Notes: generated by a model not told the origin, from the letters alone. A stretch of 64,000 bases of DNA from Coleofasciculus chthonoplastes F2-STO-03 (GCA_040222015.1 JAVJWO010000108.1:15240-79239), one strand, 5' to 3'. Shown: positions 39,933 to 50,214, numbered from the stretch's first letter. Numbers and translations are program-made.

Positions 39933-40808
39933 TCACCTCGTATTCACCTCAGCATTCTGATTTTTCCGATTTTCCAGATAGCCAATCAAAGATTGTACCC
40001 ACTGGTCTTTATACCCTTTACCATCCTCATAAGCTGAACCCTCATTATTAACCATTTTCTTAAGATAATTCAGCAACTTATCTGCATCAATATTATCCGG
40101 TTTATTTTTATCTCTGGCGTCAAACCAATCCATCCGCTCAACCTCCAATTTAACCACACCCAAACCCCGCGAACGCCCTCCCCCCAGTGGAATTTGTTCC
40201 GTCTCAAACTGATGTAACCCAATCATTAATAATCCCAACTCCCAATCCTCAGCATTTTCCACCACCGCCTTAAACGCAAAAGGAGTTCCCGCTGGAACCA
40301 CTTGGAAATCATACAATTTCCCATCAGCCGCCGTTTCCGTATCTCTATCAATCGCCACCCCATCCCGTTCTTGATATTGACCAAACCAATACTCTGAGAT
40401 AACCATCAAATCTCGAACTTGAAACTTACTCGCCAGCCAAGGTGAACCAAATAGATGAGAAATTAAATCAGTCTGATTTAAAATAGCCTCAGTTAGCGCC
40501 GTATCCGTAGGATATCGCTCTTTCAATTGCTTCATTTCCTGAGCCGTAATCGCCCACTCCTCCTCTACCGCCGGATTAGCCACCAAAGTCCGCTCCCCGC
40601 CCAGGATACCACGGAGGAAGCTTTCTAAGCGCGATCGCAACGCCCCCTTAAAACTAGCGCCCGGTATCAACGGTTTACCCAACGCATCTTTAATCACCGG
40701 TAAATCCGAACCAATTGGTTCCGTGGAACGCCCTGCGCTAATTCTTAGTGCCGTTACCGTCATCAACTTCCCGCTAATTTCCAAACGATTCTTAAAACAA
40801 TCAAACAT
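39933..40808 (-). CDS. csx7: CRISPR RAMP protein Csx7 (Cas7 group)
   Basis: PLIPGASFKGALRS, ERDGVAIDRDT, LYDFQVVP, LGGGRSRGLG. Confidence 0.9.
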   Translation of the reverse strand: MFDCFKNRLEISGKLMTVTALRISAGRSTEPIGSDLPVIKDALGKPLIPGASFKGALRSRLESFLRGILGGERTLVANPAVEEEWAITAQEMKQLKERYPTDTALTEAILNQTDLISHLFGSPWLASKFQVRDLMVISEYWFGQYQERDGVAIDRDTETAADGKLYDFQVVPAGTPFAFKAVVENAEDWELGLLMIGLHQFETEQIPLGGGRSRGLGVVKLEVERMDWFDARDKNKPDNIDADKLLNYLKKMVNNEGSAYEDGKGYKDQWVQSLIGYLENRKNQNAEVNTR

Positions 40809-41014
40809 AAGATTATCTCCAAGTTCGTATTTACGCTGTCTTCGCCCTAAACCTTCGCCTCCCCACCACCAACCCTAACTTTAACTTTTCACAGGAAATC
40901 TAAAAACCTGCGTCGGGGCGGGTTTAGTCACATCCGGATGCAACCGAAAAGATAGTAGTGAAACCCGCCCCTACACAATCGTTGCGCCACATACCATAAA
41001 AACTAAAACCCTAA

Positions 41015-41584
41015 CTAACTCAGACTCAACCAACTAAACACATCTTGAACCGATAACCGCAACTCTCCCAAAGAACTAAGCACAGACAAACTATCTTGAT
41101 TTTGCTTAATTTCCGGCTGTTTTCCTGGTTTAAAAATAATTATTGAACGCTCCTGCGGATCAATAAACCAACCCAGTGCTGTGCCATGATTCAGACAAAA
41201 CAGAATATTATCAATCACACGGGTTGAACTTTGTTCCGGTGACAAGATTTCAATCGTCCAGTCTGGGGCAATTTCAAAAGTATTCTCAATTTCCCCATTC
41301 CCATCAACTGGAATACGTTCCCAGGAAAAGACAGTTATATCTGGCACCAAAGAACGCCCACCAAAGGTACAGCGCAACTCAGTAAACGCACGCGCTATTT
41401 TCTTAGGGATAGCGACTTGATTGATAGCCGGAGCTAAAAACGTTTGGATAGCGCTGTGTTTTCCTTTAGGCATTGGTTTTTGGTAGATTTGACCATCGAT
41501 ATATTCACTTGCGGGTTCTGTTTCTGGCAATTGCAGGAAATCAGCTAGAGAAATTTGGGTAGAAGACGGAAGCGGTATAATCAT
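41015..41584 (-). CDS. Uma2 family endonuclease
   Basis: FLQLPETEPASEYIDG..QKPMP..KHS...VPDI...APDWTIEILSPEQS. Confidence 0.9.
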   Translation of the reverse strand: MIIPLPSSTQISLADFLQLPETEPASEYIDGQIYQKPMPKGKHSAIQTFLAPAINQVAIPKKIARAFTELRCTFGGRSLVPDITVFSWERIPVDGNGEIENTFEIAPDWTIEILSPEQSSTRVIDNILFCLNHGTALGWFIDPQERSIIIFKPGKQPEIKQNQDSLSVLSSLGELRLSVQDVFSWLSLS

Positions 41585-41592
41585 AGTAAACT

Positions 41593-42780
41593 TTAATTTT
41601 TTATTTCTTTGCCTTCGACATACTTATGCGTTCCGTAATGTCTGAGTATTAACGTTCCGTTAGATGATTTACAGCTAACACGAAACTGTCTTCCTACATA
41701 AAAATGATCAACGCCCTCTTTGTCTTTTGTTCCTTTATAGGCATAATAACTCACTGGTTTAGCCAAGGCTCTCGTATCACCATTGGATTCTTCAAGTAAG
41801 AATGAAGCTTTAGCTATTGTTTCTTGTAGTTTAACTTTATCTTTTGGATTTTTAATTTTTTTATAGTCTTCCATAAATGAACCATCGTAATGAATTCTAA
41901 GAAAGCCATCTAGTAGCTTTTGTGACAATAAATTATCTTTGCACTGATTCCAAACAAGTTGTCCCCAGTTAGAAAGAGTCATCTTTCCATCAATCTCTGC
42001 TACCATCGCTTCTGGAACTTCTTTCGTTTCTGATGGAGACAAACCAGCTCCAGCGTCCAGCAATGCTAGAGTAACTACATGGTCTTCAAGTCGAGAATAA
42101 TCTACAGTAATGGGCAAGCGAGGTATAGTAATTAAGTTTGAGTTTTCCCCTTCAAACACATAAATGATTTTATCCGCATAAAACATACCGATTGTATTCA
42201 TACAACCTTGTAAGGCTTTAAATCCACCGACTAAATTAAAATAGATGTCATAGTTTTGTTGTCGATAATTTTCCACCCGTCCTTCAAGCCATTCAATCAA
42301 ATCGTCAATTCCTTGATTAAAATTATGGGTACTTTCTGTTGAAAGTTTGTCAGGTGTGTATACTTCAACAGAATTAACTTTGCCATGCAAGAAATCTTTA
42401 AGAATTTTTGCCGCCTCTTGCCCCTGCGCTGTATCTGTGGTTACTAAAATGTGAGCATCTAGCTTGCCCTTTTCTAATTGCTCATCATATAATCCATAAA
42501 TACCATTCAGTTCAGCACTAGCTTCTCGAATTTCCAATGTATTACCAGTATCTAATTCCTGTTCAGCCCTATTTTTTAATTTCGCAATTTTATCTGCGAG
42601 TTTCGAGTCGGATTTATTAACCTGATCATATTGTTTAACCCGATCATGAGTTAGATTCGCATACTTTTGCAATTCTTCCTTCCAGCCTGAGTCACATTCA
42701 TCATCGATTTGATTGGTTAGCAAACTTGTTCCAACCGTTGAAATTACTAAACGAGGCATAGTTTTCATAGAGTCATTCAT
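41593..42780 (-). CDS. CARF (APE2256/TIGR02619-type)-wHTH-RelE effector, Cami1-like
   Basis: STVGTSLL, SAELNG, TDT, NLVGGFK, IYVFE (CARF); LSNWGQLVW (wHTH); C-terminal DHFYVGRQFRVSCK...LILRHYGTH (RelE-like). Confidence 0.8.
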   Translation of the reverse strand: MNDSMKTMPRLVISTVGTSLLTNQIDDECDSGWKEELQKYANLTHDRVKQYDQVNKSDSKLADKIAKLKNRAEQELDTGNTLEIREASAELNGIYGLYDEQLEKGKLDAHILVTTDTAQGQEAAKILKDFLHGKVNSVEVYTPDKLSTESTHNFNQGIDDLIEWLEGRVENYRQQNYDIYFNLVGGFKALQGCMNTIGMFYADKIIYVFEGENSNLITIPRLPITVDYSRLEDHVVTLALLDAGAGLSPSETKEVPEAMVAEIDGKMTLSNWGQLVWNQCKDNLLSQKLLDGFLRIHYDGSFMEDYKKIKNPKDKVKLQETIAKASFLLEESNGDTRALAKPVSYYAYKGTKDKEGVDHFYVGRQFRVSCKSSNGTLILRHYGTHKYVEGKEIKN

Positions 42781-42791
42781 TGTTTTAGTCT

Positions 42792-43310
42792 TTAGTAGTT
42801 ATTTTTACTAGCTTTACTCTCTCCTACCAGAGCTGTATGTTCTCTTGCCAAATATCCTAGATACAGGCGAGTTAGTTTTAGATGAATATTTTTGATAAAT
42901 TGGGCTTTATTTTTAGTATCCGTCAGATACTGTTCTAATGGATTTTCTTTGGGGATTGGTCGTCTCACTCTATCCAGTATTTCTTGTGCATCCTGCTTTA
43001 AACTGTCAATCTGTTCAACAACTTCAGTCGCAAAGAGCTTTTTATCTTTAGAGACTTTCCAAATTCGACTCGCTCCACTACGACCCACTTGATAACGAAT
43101 ATAGTTTTTTATAGCTTCTATTGAAGCATTAGCTTCAGTAGCAGCAGCAAGAACATTTTTGAAAGGAGATTTTGAATCTTCACTGGCAATTGAAAATTTT
43201 TTGGATATGGCTTTAACTTTGAGGATAACATCATCCATTTGTCTACTAATTTCCACCTCAGTTCTTAACGTCAGTTGTTCTTGGAGCAATGGATCAAGTA
43301 ATTTCTCCAT
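42792..43310 (-). CDS. Small subunit Cas11/Csm2-like
   Basis: All-helical 172 aa, IKNYIRYQVGR motif, downstream of csx10. Confidence 0.7.
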   Translation of the reverse strand: MEKLLDPLLQEQLTLRTEVEISRQMDDVILKVKAISKKFSIASEDSKSPFKNVLAAATEANASIEAIKNYIRYQVGRSGASRIWKVSKDKKLFATEVVEQIDSLKQDAQEILDRVRRPIPKENPLEQYLTDTKNKAQFIKNIHLKLTRLYLGYLAREHTALVGESKASKNNY

Positions 43311-43312
43311 GT

Positions 43313-44581
43313 CTAAACTGCCTCCTCACGCAAAACTAAATGAAATTCATTGCAAATTTGCACTTGACCAAAGCCCTCGCAAGTGCGCTCGCCTACTCCC
43401 TTCACCTCCAAATAGTTTAACCTCTCCATCCAGAGATTGGGTTGAATCGTACTGAAAAGATAAACAGCTCCCTTATTAGTAATCAACTCTACATCTTTCA
43501 TCAATCCCCATGCAGAATTCCAACCAGATAGGTAGTCATAGCTGCTGTAGGCAGCGTGTAGTTGTAGGGATGAATCAGTAACACCTGTAAAATACTGTAG
43601 CATTTCTGGTGAAATTACCGTGGTACGTCGCCAGTTTTCATTCAGAATCGTATCTGACTGTAAATCAATAGTAAAATACGTGCGATTTTGCAGTAAATCT
43701 TGTTGTGGCTGACCAAAAATTTGCCAATCCTGCCAACGCTTATGTAGTTTGTCCTGAAACATCTTGATTCGCTCCTCGACAGATGGCTTAACGGCTGTGG
43801 TATCTACAGGTGACTTAGCCGTGATTTTTACTTTTCCTAATCCCCGTGAAGTTGAACCACCCAAGCGGAAATCTTGCTGATAATTAGTGATAAAGCGTTG
43901 TAAAGATTCGGCTAGTTCATCGGCAACTAGGATCGCTCCTGTATAAATCACAGGCTTTTCTCTCTTACCTGCAATTTTAGACTCGTTTAAAACTTCAATA
44001 CTATAGAGTACTCCTTCTTCTGTAGTGGCTCGGCGTCGATTGATGCCAGCTCGTGTTAGTAGGCGAGTATTGGCAGAATGGCTGTGGTACTTGTTACCAA
44101 TTTTACTGTAAAATTCAGTAAAAGTATCCACTCTATCACCATCTTGAGGACAAGTCGGGTCATATAAATGACCATAGCCATCAGCACAAAAGCGATCGAT
44201 TAAGGTGTCAAAAACACCATTATGATCAGAATCGTTAGGTTTTGATTTAAAACCGGGCTGAGTTTTGGAACTTAGAGCCGTAGCAGGTACAACCCAAACA
44301 TCTGACTGAACTCTAGTTTGTTTTTGTCCCTCAATGGTTGCTGGATACGCATTGTGGAAAATTGCTGGATTGTCGCCTATAAATAAAGCTTGAAAGTCAC
44401 CTCCATTGTCTGCCAAATTAGCTGACTGATGTCCTGACTGTCGTAGAATCTGAGCAGCCATCGCCCCCCGAATTACTGAACCGGGAATATAGTCTCCGGC
44501 TTCACTCACTGAACCCCCTGGTTTTTTCCGCCCAATGGCTAAAGGAGATAACGCTTTAATTTCCAGTTGAATGCGCTTCAT
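43313..44581 (-). CDS. csx10: Type III-D RAMP Csx10 (Cas5 group)
   Basis: LSPLAIG, YIPGSVIRGAMA, GINRRR, LGGSTSRGLG, GVGERTCEGFG. Confidence 0.88.
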   Translation of the reverse strand: MKRIQLEIKALSPLAIGRKKPGGSVSEAGDYIPGSVIRGAMAAQILRQSGHQSANLADNGGDFQALFIGDNPAIFHNAYPATIEGQKQTRVQSDVWVVPATALSSKTQPGFKSKPNDSDHNGVFDTLIDRFCADGYGHLYDPTCPQDGDRVDTFTEFYSKIGNKYHSHSANTRLLTRAGINRRRATTEEGVLYSIEVLNESKIAGKREKPVIYTGAILVADELAESLQRFITNYQQDFRLGGSTSRGLGKVKITAKSPVDTTAVKPSVEERIKMFQDKLHKRWQDWQIFGQPQQDLLQNRTYFTIDLQSDTILNENWRRTTVISPEMLQYFTGVTDSSLQLHAAYSSYDYLSGWNSAWGLMKDVELITNKGAVYLFSTIQPNLWMERLNYLEVKGVGERTCEGFGQVQICNEFHLVLREEAV

Positions 44582-45308
44582 TTGCTCCTCCTTTGGCTAA
44601 ATAATTCCACACTGACTCATCCACCTGAATTGAGGGAAGTTCCCACTTCAACCATCCTAATCCTACTGATTTAGAACCCCCCAAAGCATTAATATGGTGT
44701 AACCCAGCTAAAATTAAGGCTTTGGTAGAAGCCGGACAATTAGGCTGAAGGTGAATGTCGCCAGTAAACTTAAGCTGAATATTAGCGGGTGAAGTTTCTA
44801 GGAAATAGAGTTTTTTCTCTTCAGCCGTATGACGACGACGATTAATCGTCACACCTGGGCGGAGAACTTCTGAGGGAAGATTATCGGGTTCTTCTTGGCA
44901 AATTAAGTCATCAAAAATGACTCGTGACGGTAAGGCGGGATTGCCAAAAATCTGACAAATTAAACAATGATATCGGTTATCTCCTGCTACTCGATAATCC
45001 TCGTCTCGTTGAAAACGCCTCGCCTCATTGTCGGGAAAATCTGCACGCTGGGGACACATAGTTTGAGGATTAGGGGCTTGACAAATTGCCCACCCTAACC
45101 CCCGTGCTAATTTCTCACATTCATGACGCAAACGCCCTTTAAGTTGAGACGCTGGAATTAGGAGTTTGTTGTCCGCAGTACGCACAATTGGCTTATCGGC
45201 GAGAGAACCGGAAGAACCTCCTGCACCCACGCATAAAGCAGTATCAATAACAGCCGTTAGGGAGATTGTTTCGACTGGATTTGATAATAAGTCTTGCAGA
45301 TAAATCAT
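44556..45308 (-). CDS. csm3: RAMP Csm3/Cas7
   Basis: TALCVGAG, IPASQLKGRLR, CLICQIFG, RPGVTINR, LGGSKSVGLG. Confidence 0.88.
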   Translation of the reverse strand: MIYLQDLLSNPVETISLTAVIDTALCVGAGGSSGSLADKPIVRTADNKLLIPASQLKGRLRHECEKLARGLGWAICQAPNPQTMCPQRADFPDNEARRFQRDEDYRVAGDNRYHCLICQIFGNPALPSRVIFDDLICQEEPDNLPSEVLRPGVTINRRRHTAEEKKLYFLETSPANIQLKFTGDIHLQPNCPASTKALILAGLHHINALGGSKSVGLGWLKWELPSIQVDESVWNYLAKGGANEAHSTGN

Positions 45309-47668
45309 ATTAATCGCGCCCCTGTCTGGCTAGGTTGTTCAGTGGTTTCAATAATAAAAGGATAAAGTTCGACTAATTCCCGCCAGATAGTTTCATAGGT
45401 AGTCGTACCATCCTTTTCCGGTAACGACATCCAGGGTGATAAGTTACCACTATTAGTCTTGGCATCACACCAGGCTTTTTCAAAATACTCCTCCAACAAT
45501 TTTTGGTTTTCCAGTTCCAAGCGAACGCGGAAATAGCGATAATTGAGGATAGCGGTGTGTTTACCTTGTTCGAGTAAACTGCGGATTTGATAAAGTTGCG
45601 ATCGCGGAAATTCTGACTGCTTTAATTTCTCCCCTGTTTCAATCAATCCGCCGAGTTCGTGTAAGGTGTAGGGTGCGCCATAAAGTTTCAACTTGGGTTT
45701 GCCTTTTTCCTGCTTAGTTAAAGCCTCTTGGCGAAAGGCTTCAATATTGGAGGAAATCATCGTTACCGACTTCAGCGTGAGAAAGTCAACAGTTCCGCCG
45801 TGATAGTCATAGTCTTTTTTTAACTGCTTTGCCTTCTTCTTGGCTGATTTAAGTAATTGACTTGTTAGATTTTCGGCATAATAAATTGGTGTTTGATAAG
45901 CCGTAATTAGAACCCCCGTTGACATACTCAGTTTACATTGTGAAGGTTTGACAGATATCTGCCCTTGGTATCGGTGACAGTCTTGAGAACGTGAGATTAT
46001 TTCTGGATCAGTAATTCGATAGTCTTCTTTCCCTTGTATCTTTTCGCCTTCCAGAAGAATTCGCTCAAACTCCTCGCCAATAGTTTGAGCAATTGCCAGG
46101 GCTTTATCGGCTGGTACAATTAACATGACATCATCCCCACCAATTGTGAGGATTTCAAAAGGATGAATAATCGATCCATTCCGATGTTGATTGTCTCCAG
46201 TTAAACCGTTTAATTGATGAGGGTTAAGATGTCGTCCGAGGGCGTGGTAAACCGATTCCTCTGTGGCTGTAAAGATATCTCGGCTAAATCGGCGACAATC
46301 TTGGGGGGTTTTGAGTTCTTTCTGAATATAACCTCCTATGTTATTGCCATCAGCATAAATATAGCCAACAAAACCATTTCCAGCATTGCCAATTTCGGTG
46401 AGCGATCGCGCTTCGCCAATTTTCTGTTTTGAGATGTCTTGATAATAGCGATCTCGATAGTGACTTTTTTCGATAAAACGCCTAAATTTAACCACCCAGC
46501 TTTCCAGATACCCTGAATTCCATAATGTTTTAACTTGACCAAATTGCCATTTCCAATCCGAATTTTTTGTCCACCATTTCTGACTGCGACTCCCTTCCCC
46601 TTTCGTTCGTTGCCCAACAATACGCTTACGGGCTAAAGCATCAGAAAACCAAGGTTCATCCGGAAGACGACTCCCAGGGGCAATAGCTAGGCGATGTTCG
46701 ACGTCATCCCGCAATAAATAAGGATGGGTTTCAAACATAGGCGGATAGCGACGGCTGGGGCGTTGGCTATCGGGTAAGTTATTACCGTTGCGTCGCTGCT
46801 GAAATAAAGCCGCCAGTTTCCCCGTTATTTCGTTAAAATTCTTGCGATTTTCAAATAAGTATTTCCAGGGTTGACCGTTTTTAAGTTGACCAAAGTAGGC
46901 GCTTGTAATCGGATTTGTTTGCCGTTTATTATCCTGTAAATACCAGTCTAACCATTTGCTTTGTTCAATCGGATTGTCAAGTAATCCAAATCGCAGTTCC
47001 AGCAATCTGAAACTTTCTCCTACAGCACAAGAATTAGCGGTCAAGGTTTCTTCTGTATAGCGTTTTTCAATTAAATTGACCAAATCCGGGACAAAGGCTG
47101 TCGGGCAAAAGGCTAAAATGTTAGCCCCGGTTGAGTAAATCACTAACTCAGGAATCAGTGCGTCCCATAACGGGTGTAGTGTTTTATCTTTGTGTTGTAA
47201 GTCTCGCCTAACCCTTTGGCAATATTGTCTGGCTCGGTAACATTCGGGAAAGTCCTCTGGCAATTCTTCACATTTGAAAAAGGCAGGTAAATCTATTAAA
47301 TTAATTCGATCCAGTAATGCTGATGCGCCCCGAATTTCGGGAAGTTTGGCTGATTCAAATACATAGCCTTTAATCTTTGTTGCACCGCCGTAGACTAAAC
47401 CGATTCGGGTGGTTTGCTCCCACAAATTGGCATAGTTATCCTGAAGATCAGTAATTTTATCGGGAAAATAGTCTTGGGAAATCTCTTGTAGTTGCCGCAC
47501 CGTTTGTAGTAAGCACTTTAGTGCTTCTGTATCCGGAACATCTTTCCCTTGACGCAGCGCCTCTCGCATTTGCTGCAAGATACTCAAATCAAACTGCGGT
47601 TCACGCCCCTCGCCCCAAGCGAGACACCAGGCGATTCCAATGGTTAGGAGGGGTAGAGAATGGGTCAT
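45305..47668 (-). CDS. cas10: Cas10 large subunit (type III-D) with intact Palm/GGDD and no apparent HD domain
   Basis: IKGYVFES..L.EIRGAS, YADGNNIG, TIGGDDVML, ENLTSQLLKSAK; short N-terminus lacking an HD motif. Confidence 0.92.
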   Translation of the reverse strand: MTHSLPLLTIGIAWCLAWGEGREPQFDLSILQQMREALRQGKDVPDTEALKCLLQTVRQLQEISQDYFPDKITDLQDNYANLWEQTTRIGLVYGGATKIKGYVFESAKLPEIRGASALLDRINLIDLPAFFKCEELPEDFPECYRARQYCQRVRRDLQHKDKTLHPLWDALIPELVIYSTGANILAFCPTAFVPDLVNLIEKRYTEETLTANSCAVGESFRLLELRFGLLDNPIEQSKWLDWYLQDNKRQTNPITSAYFGQLKNGQPWKYLFENRKNFNEITGKLAALFQQRRNGNNLPDSQRPSRRYPPMFETHPYLLRDDVEHRLAIAPGSRLPDEPWFSDALARKRIVGQRTKGEGSRSQKWWTKNSDWKWQFGQVKTLWNSGYLESWVVKFRRFIEKSHYRDRYYQDISKQKIGEARSLTEIGNAGNGFVGYIYADGNNIGGYIQKELKTPQDCRRFSRDIFTATEESVYHALGRHLNPHQLNGLTGDNQHRNGSIIHPFEILTIGGDDVMLIVPADKALAIAQTIGEEFERILLEGEKIQGKEDYRITDPEIISRSQDCHRYQGQISVKPSQCKLSMSTGVLITAYQTPIYYAENLTSQLLKSAKKKAKQLKKDYDYHGGTVDFLTLKSVTMISSNIEAFRQEALTKQEKGKPKLKLYGAPYTLHELGGLIETGEKLKQSEFPRSQLYQIRSLLEQGKHTAILNYRYFRVRLELENQKLLEEYFEKAWCDAKTNSGNLSPWMSLPEKDGTTTYETIWRELVELYPFIIETTEQPSQTGARLI

Positions 47669-47970
47669 AATTCAGCCTGCGTTTAAGAACTATAGCCCTG
47701 AACTAAAGTTCAGGCTCAAAGCTAAAACCCGTTAAAACGGGTTCAAAGCCTTGTATCTAGTAATCTTTAGTTTACTTGAGCTTAAAGATAAGAAATTGAT
47801 GTCCTGGCGTCCAAATCAACAGCATTCCGCCTAAGCCCTAAGTCAGCAACATTCGGCTTAAGTCAGTGACATTCAGTTTGAAGTCTATTTTAATGGACAG
47901 CCAGTCCTTTGAACTTGGGGCGGATGTTTGAGCCTCAATACCGGATGATCTCCCTCGCTAGATGGCTGGA

Positions 47971-48309
47971 TTACCGAGACAGTGCGGCGGGTAATTCCAC
48001 GGGAAATACTTCACCCACGGAGACATCGTGAGTGTGAGTCGCGACGACGACAACGCCTAAACGGGGGTCATAACATCCTACCCAAGCGGCGGGATGACAT
48101 TCGTGAACCAGGTAACTGTACAGCCAAATCGGACCTTTTCCTTCGATGACGATACCTTGGTTGAAGGGTATTCCTTCTGGTAGTTTGATTCCTTTAATAT
48201 CTGGGGGGGAAATAATACCGTCTTCTGTGGCAATCTGGAAATGCAGGTGTTGATAGGGTAAACCGGTTTGGGTTTGATGGGGAAGCAGTTGAAGTTGAAT
48301 CGCGTTCAT
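47971..48309 (-). CDS. csx3: CRISPR ring nuclease Csx3/Crn3
   Basis: GIVIEGKGPIWLYSYLVHECH, YDPRLG, VVVATH. Confidence 0.92.
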   Translation of the reverse strand: MNAIQLQLLPHQTQTGLPYQHLHFQIATEDGIISPPDIKGIKLPEGIPFNQGIVIEGKGPIWLYSYLVHECHPAAWVGCYDPRLGVVVVATHTHDVSVGEVFPVELPAALSR

Positions 48310-48401
48310 GGTTTTTGCCGTTCTGTGAGTACGAGGCTAATGTAGCACCCCCTGGGAAAGACCCTTTTCCAGCACAAGTAAGGGACTATAGAGACAAGGG
48401 G

Positions 48402-48434
48402 GTTGGCGTCGGGGAGAGTTGAGTTGGTGTCGGG
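48402..48434. promoter_or_regulatory. Tandem direct repeat upstream of the cas operon (putative regulator site)
   Basis: GTTGGCGTCGGG (48402) and GTTGGTGTCGGG (48423), 21-bp period; extended -10-like TGcTACATT on the minus strand near 48339-48347. Confidence 0.4.
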
Positions 48435-48499
48435 ATTCCCTTGGGCAAGTGAGTCAGATATCTTGCTATGATTCAGAGCATCGGGTTATAGTATATAAG

Positions 48500-48707
48500 A
48501 GTTCATTTTTGACGGCTAAAAGCGGGGTCGATTTTCCGGGACTCCCGTCAAAAACTCCAGAACCTTGACAATTAAATAGTTTCAGCGTTTGAGAATGTGC
48601 CGTAATTGCGAATTGGTTTCAATAAGCGGGGCTGAAATGAGGCTAAAAAAGAGTCCCGTCAAAATCCTCTGTAGAATCCTCTCTCTGTAAGCGTTTTAGA
48701 TGGCGGG
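48500..48707 (+). promoter_or_regulatory. CRISPR leader
   Basis: Non-coding region before the first repeat with repeated TCCCGTCAAAA motifs; the degenerate repeat is at the opposite end of the array. Confidence 0.75.
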
Positions 48708-49646
48708 GTTTCCGCTAACTTACTCCCCGCAAGGGGATTGAAACTCAACTTCTTCTAGTGTTTTCAAAAAATAAAGTATAGTTTCCGCTAACTTACTCCC
48801 CGCAAGGGGATTGAAACTTAATTTTACCAGAGTCACTATAATTACGTACTAAAAGTTTCCGCTAACTTACTCCCCGCAAGGGGATTGAAACACAATCAAG
48901 ATGATGCTTTGCCACGATAGATGCTGCGGATGTTTCCGCTAACTTACTCCCCGCAAGGGGATTGAAACAACAGTTTCAGTTCATCCTCAGATACAGGTAT
49001 GGTAGTTTCCGCTAACTTACTCCCCGCAAGGGGATTGAAACTACCGTTTTTTTGCATCTCCAAGATATCCGTACTGCTGTAGTTTCCGCTAACTTACTCC
49101 CCGCAAGGGGATTGAAACGTGCCGGATCGAAAACGATAGGCATGATCGGCTTATGTTTCCGCTAACTTACTCCCCGCAAGGGGATTGAAACTTAAACTTT
49201 ATTTTACCTCCAGTCTCCAAAGATAAAGTTTCCGCTAACTTACTCCCCGCAAGGGGATTGAAACGAATAGTTGGCGAATTAGTCCAGTAAATAGGGGCGG
49301 GAGTTTCCGCTAACTTACTCCCCGCAAGGGGATTGAAACAATCGAACCCATTACAATCATGAGCAGATTCGAGGGTTTCCGCTAACTTACTCCCCGCAAG
49401 GGGATTGAAACGCTCTATATCGTTTGAGGGCGATCGCCCTATTTGGGTTTCCGCTAACTTACTCCCCGCAAGGGGATTGAAACACTACGGATGTTTGAGT
49501 TTCAGGCTCGTTTAAAACTTGTTTCCGCTAACTTACTCCCCGCAAGGGGATTGAAACAATTTCACCCTACAGCAAGACCTAGACATCCGCAGGCTTAGCG
49601 GAGTTAGTAGCTTGACAAACTCACTTCCCCCAAAGGGGATGAAAAC
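48708..49646 (+). CRISPR. CRISPR array: 12 identical 37-bp repeats GTTTCCGCTAACTTACTCCCCGCAAGGGGATTGAAAC, 11 spacers of 35-40 nt, plus a ~52-nt last spacer and a degenerate terminal repeat
   Basis: Repeats start at 48708, 48781, 48855, 48932, 49005, 49082, 49155, 49228, 49303, 49375, 49447 and 49521; degenerate copy ~49610-49646. Confidence 0.98.
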
Positions 49647-49806
49647 TCTGGTATCAGTAAGGTGGGCAATGCCCACCCTACAACTTGAAAAATTTACCCG
49701 GTATGCTGGATAAGCCCAGGAATAGAGGAAGGCGATCGCACGGATTCGGTAAAAAGATGATAACCTTTTTATTTTCGGGGATTACGGGGAGAATAGGGGT
49801 GTAACC

Positions 49807-50214
49807 TTGTCAAATAGAGAGGGATTACTACCAGGAGAAGGTGCGGTTGGACGCTATGCTGACTTACTTAAAACTGGACGTAGAGGGGATAATCTAACAC
49901 CTCACCACATTCCTTCTAATGCTTTTATGGCAGCAAAGGTTCCTGGCTACACTAGAGGAATGGGCATTGCTATGATGATGGAACATCCTTTGCCCGGTCA
50001 AGGAGGTCGTCATCGTCAAACTATCTCTTATGGACAATCTCCTGATTTAAGTCTTTCGCCTAGGCAGGCTCTGGCTAGAGAGATTAGAGATGCGCGATCA
50101 ATTTATTGGCGTCAGGGACTTTATACGCCAGAAATTAGACGCAGCTTACAGGATATTATCCAGTTCAATAAGTTAGCTTGGCAGGGTATTTTTGAGCAGG
50201 GAGAAAATAGCTGA
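49807..50214 (+). CDS. Stand-alone polymorphic-toxin-like His-rich (HNH/EndoVII-type) nuclease domain
   Basis: DNLTPHHIPS ... GGRHRQT motifs; TGATG coupling to the next gene. Confidence 0.6.
   Translation: MSNREGLLPGEGAVGRYADLLKTGRRGDNLTPHHIPSNAFMAAKVPGYTRGMGIAMMMEHPLPGQGGRHRQTISYGQSPDLSLSPRQALAREIRDARSIYWRQGLYTPEIRRSLQDIIQFNKLAWQGIFEQGENS

Noticed and set aside
49265..49302. Spacer 8 targeting REP elements (TAGGGGCGGG)
   Set aside because: Only about 10 nt at the spacer 3' end match.
49484..49520. Spacer 11 self-targeting the csx3-cas10 intergenic region
   Set aside because: Only a 12-nt match (CGGATGTTTGAG near 47921) and a separate short match near 47710; not collinear, so compatible with chance.
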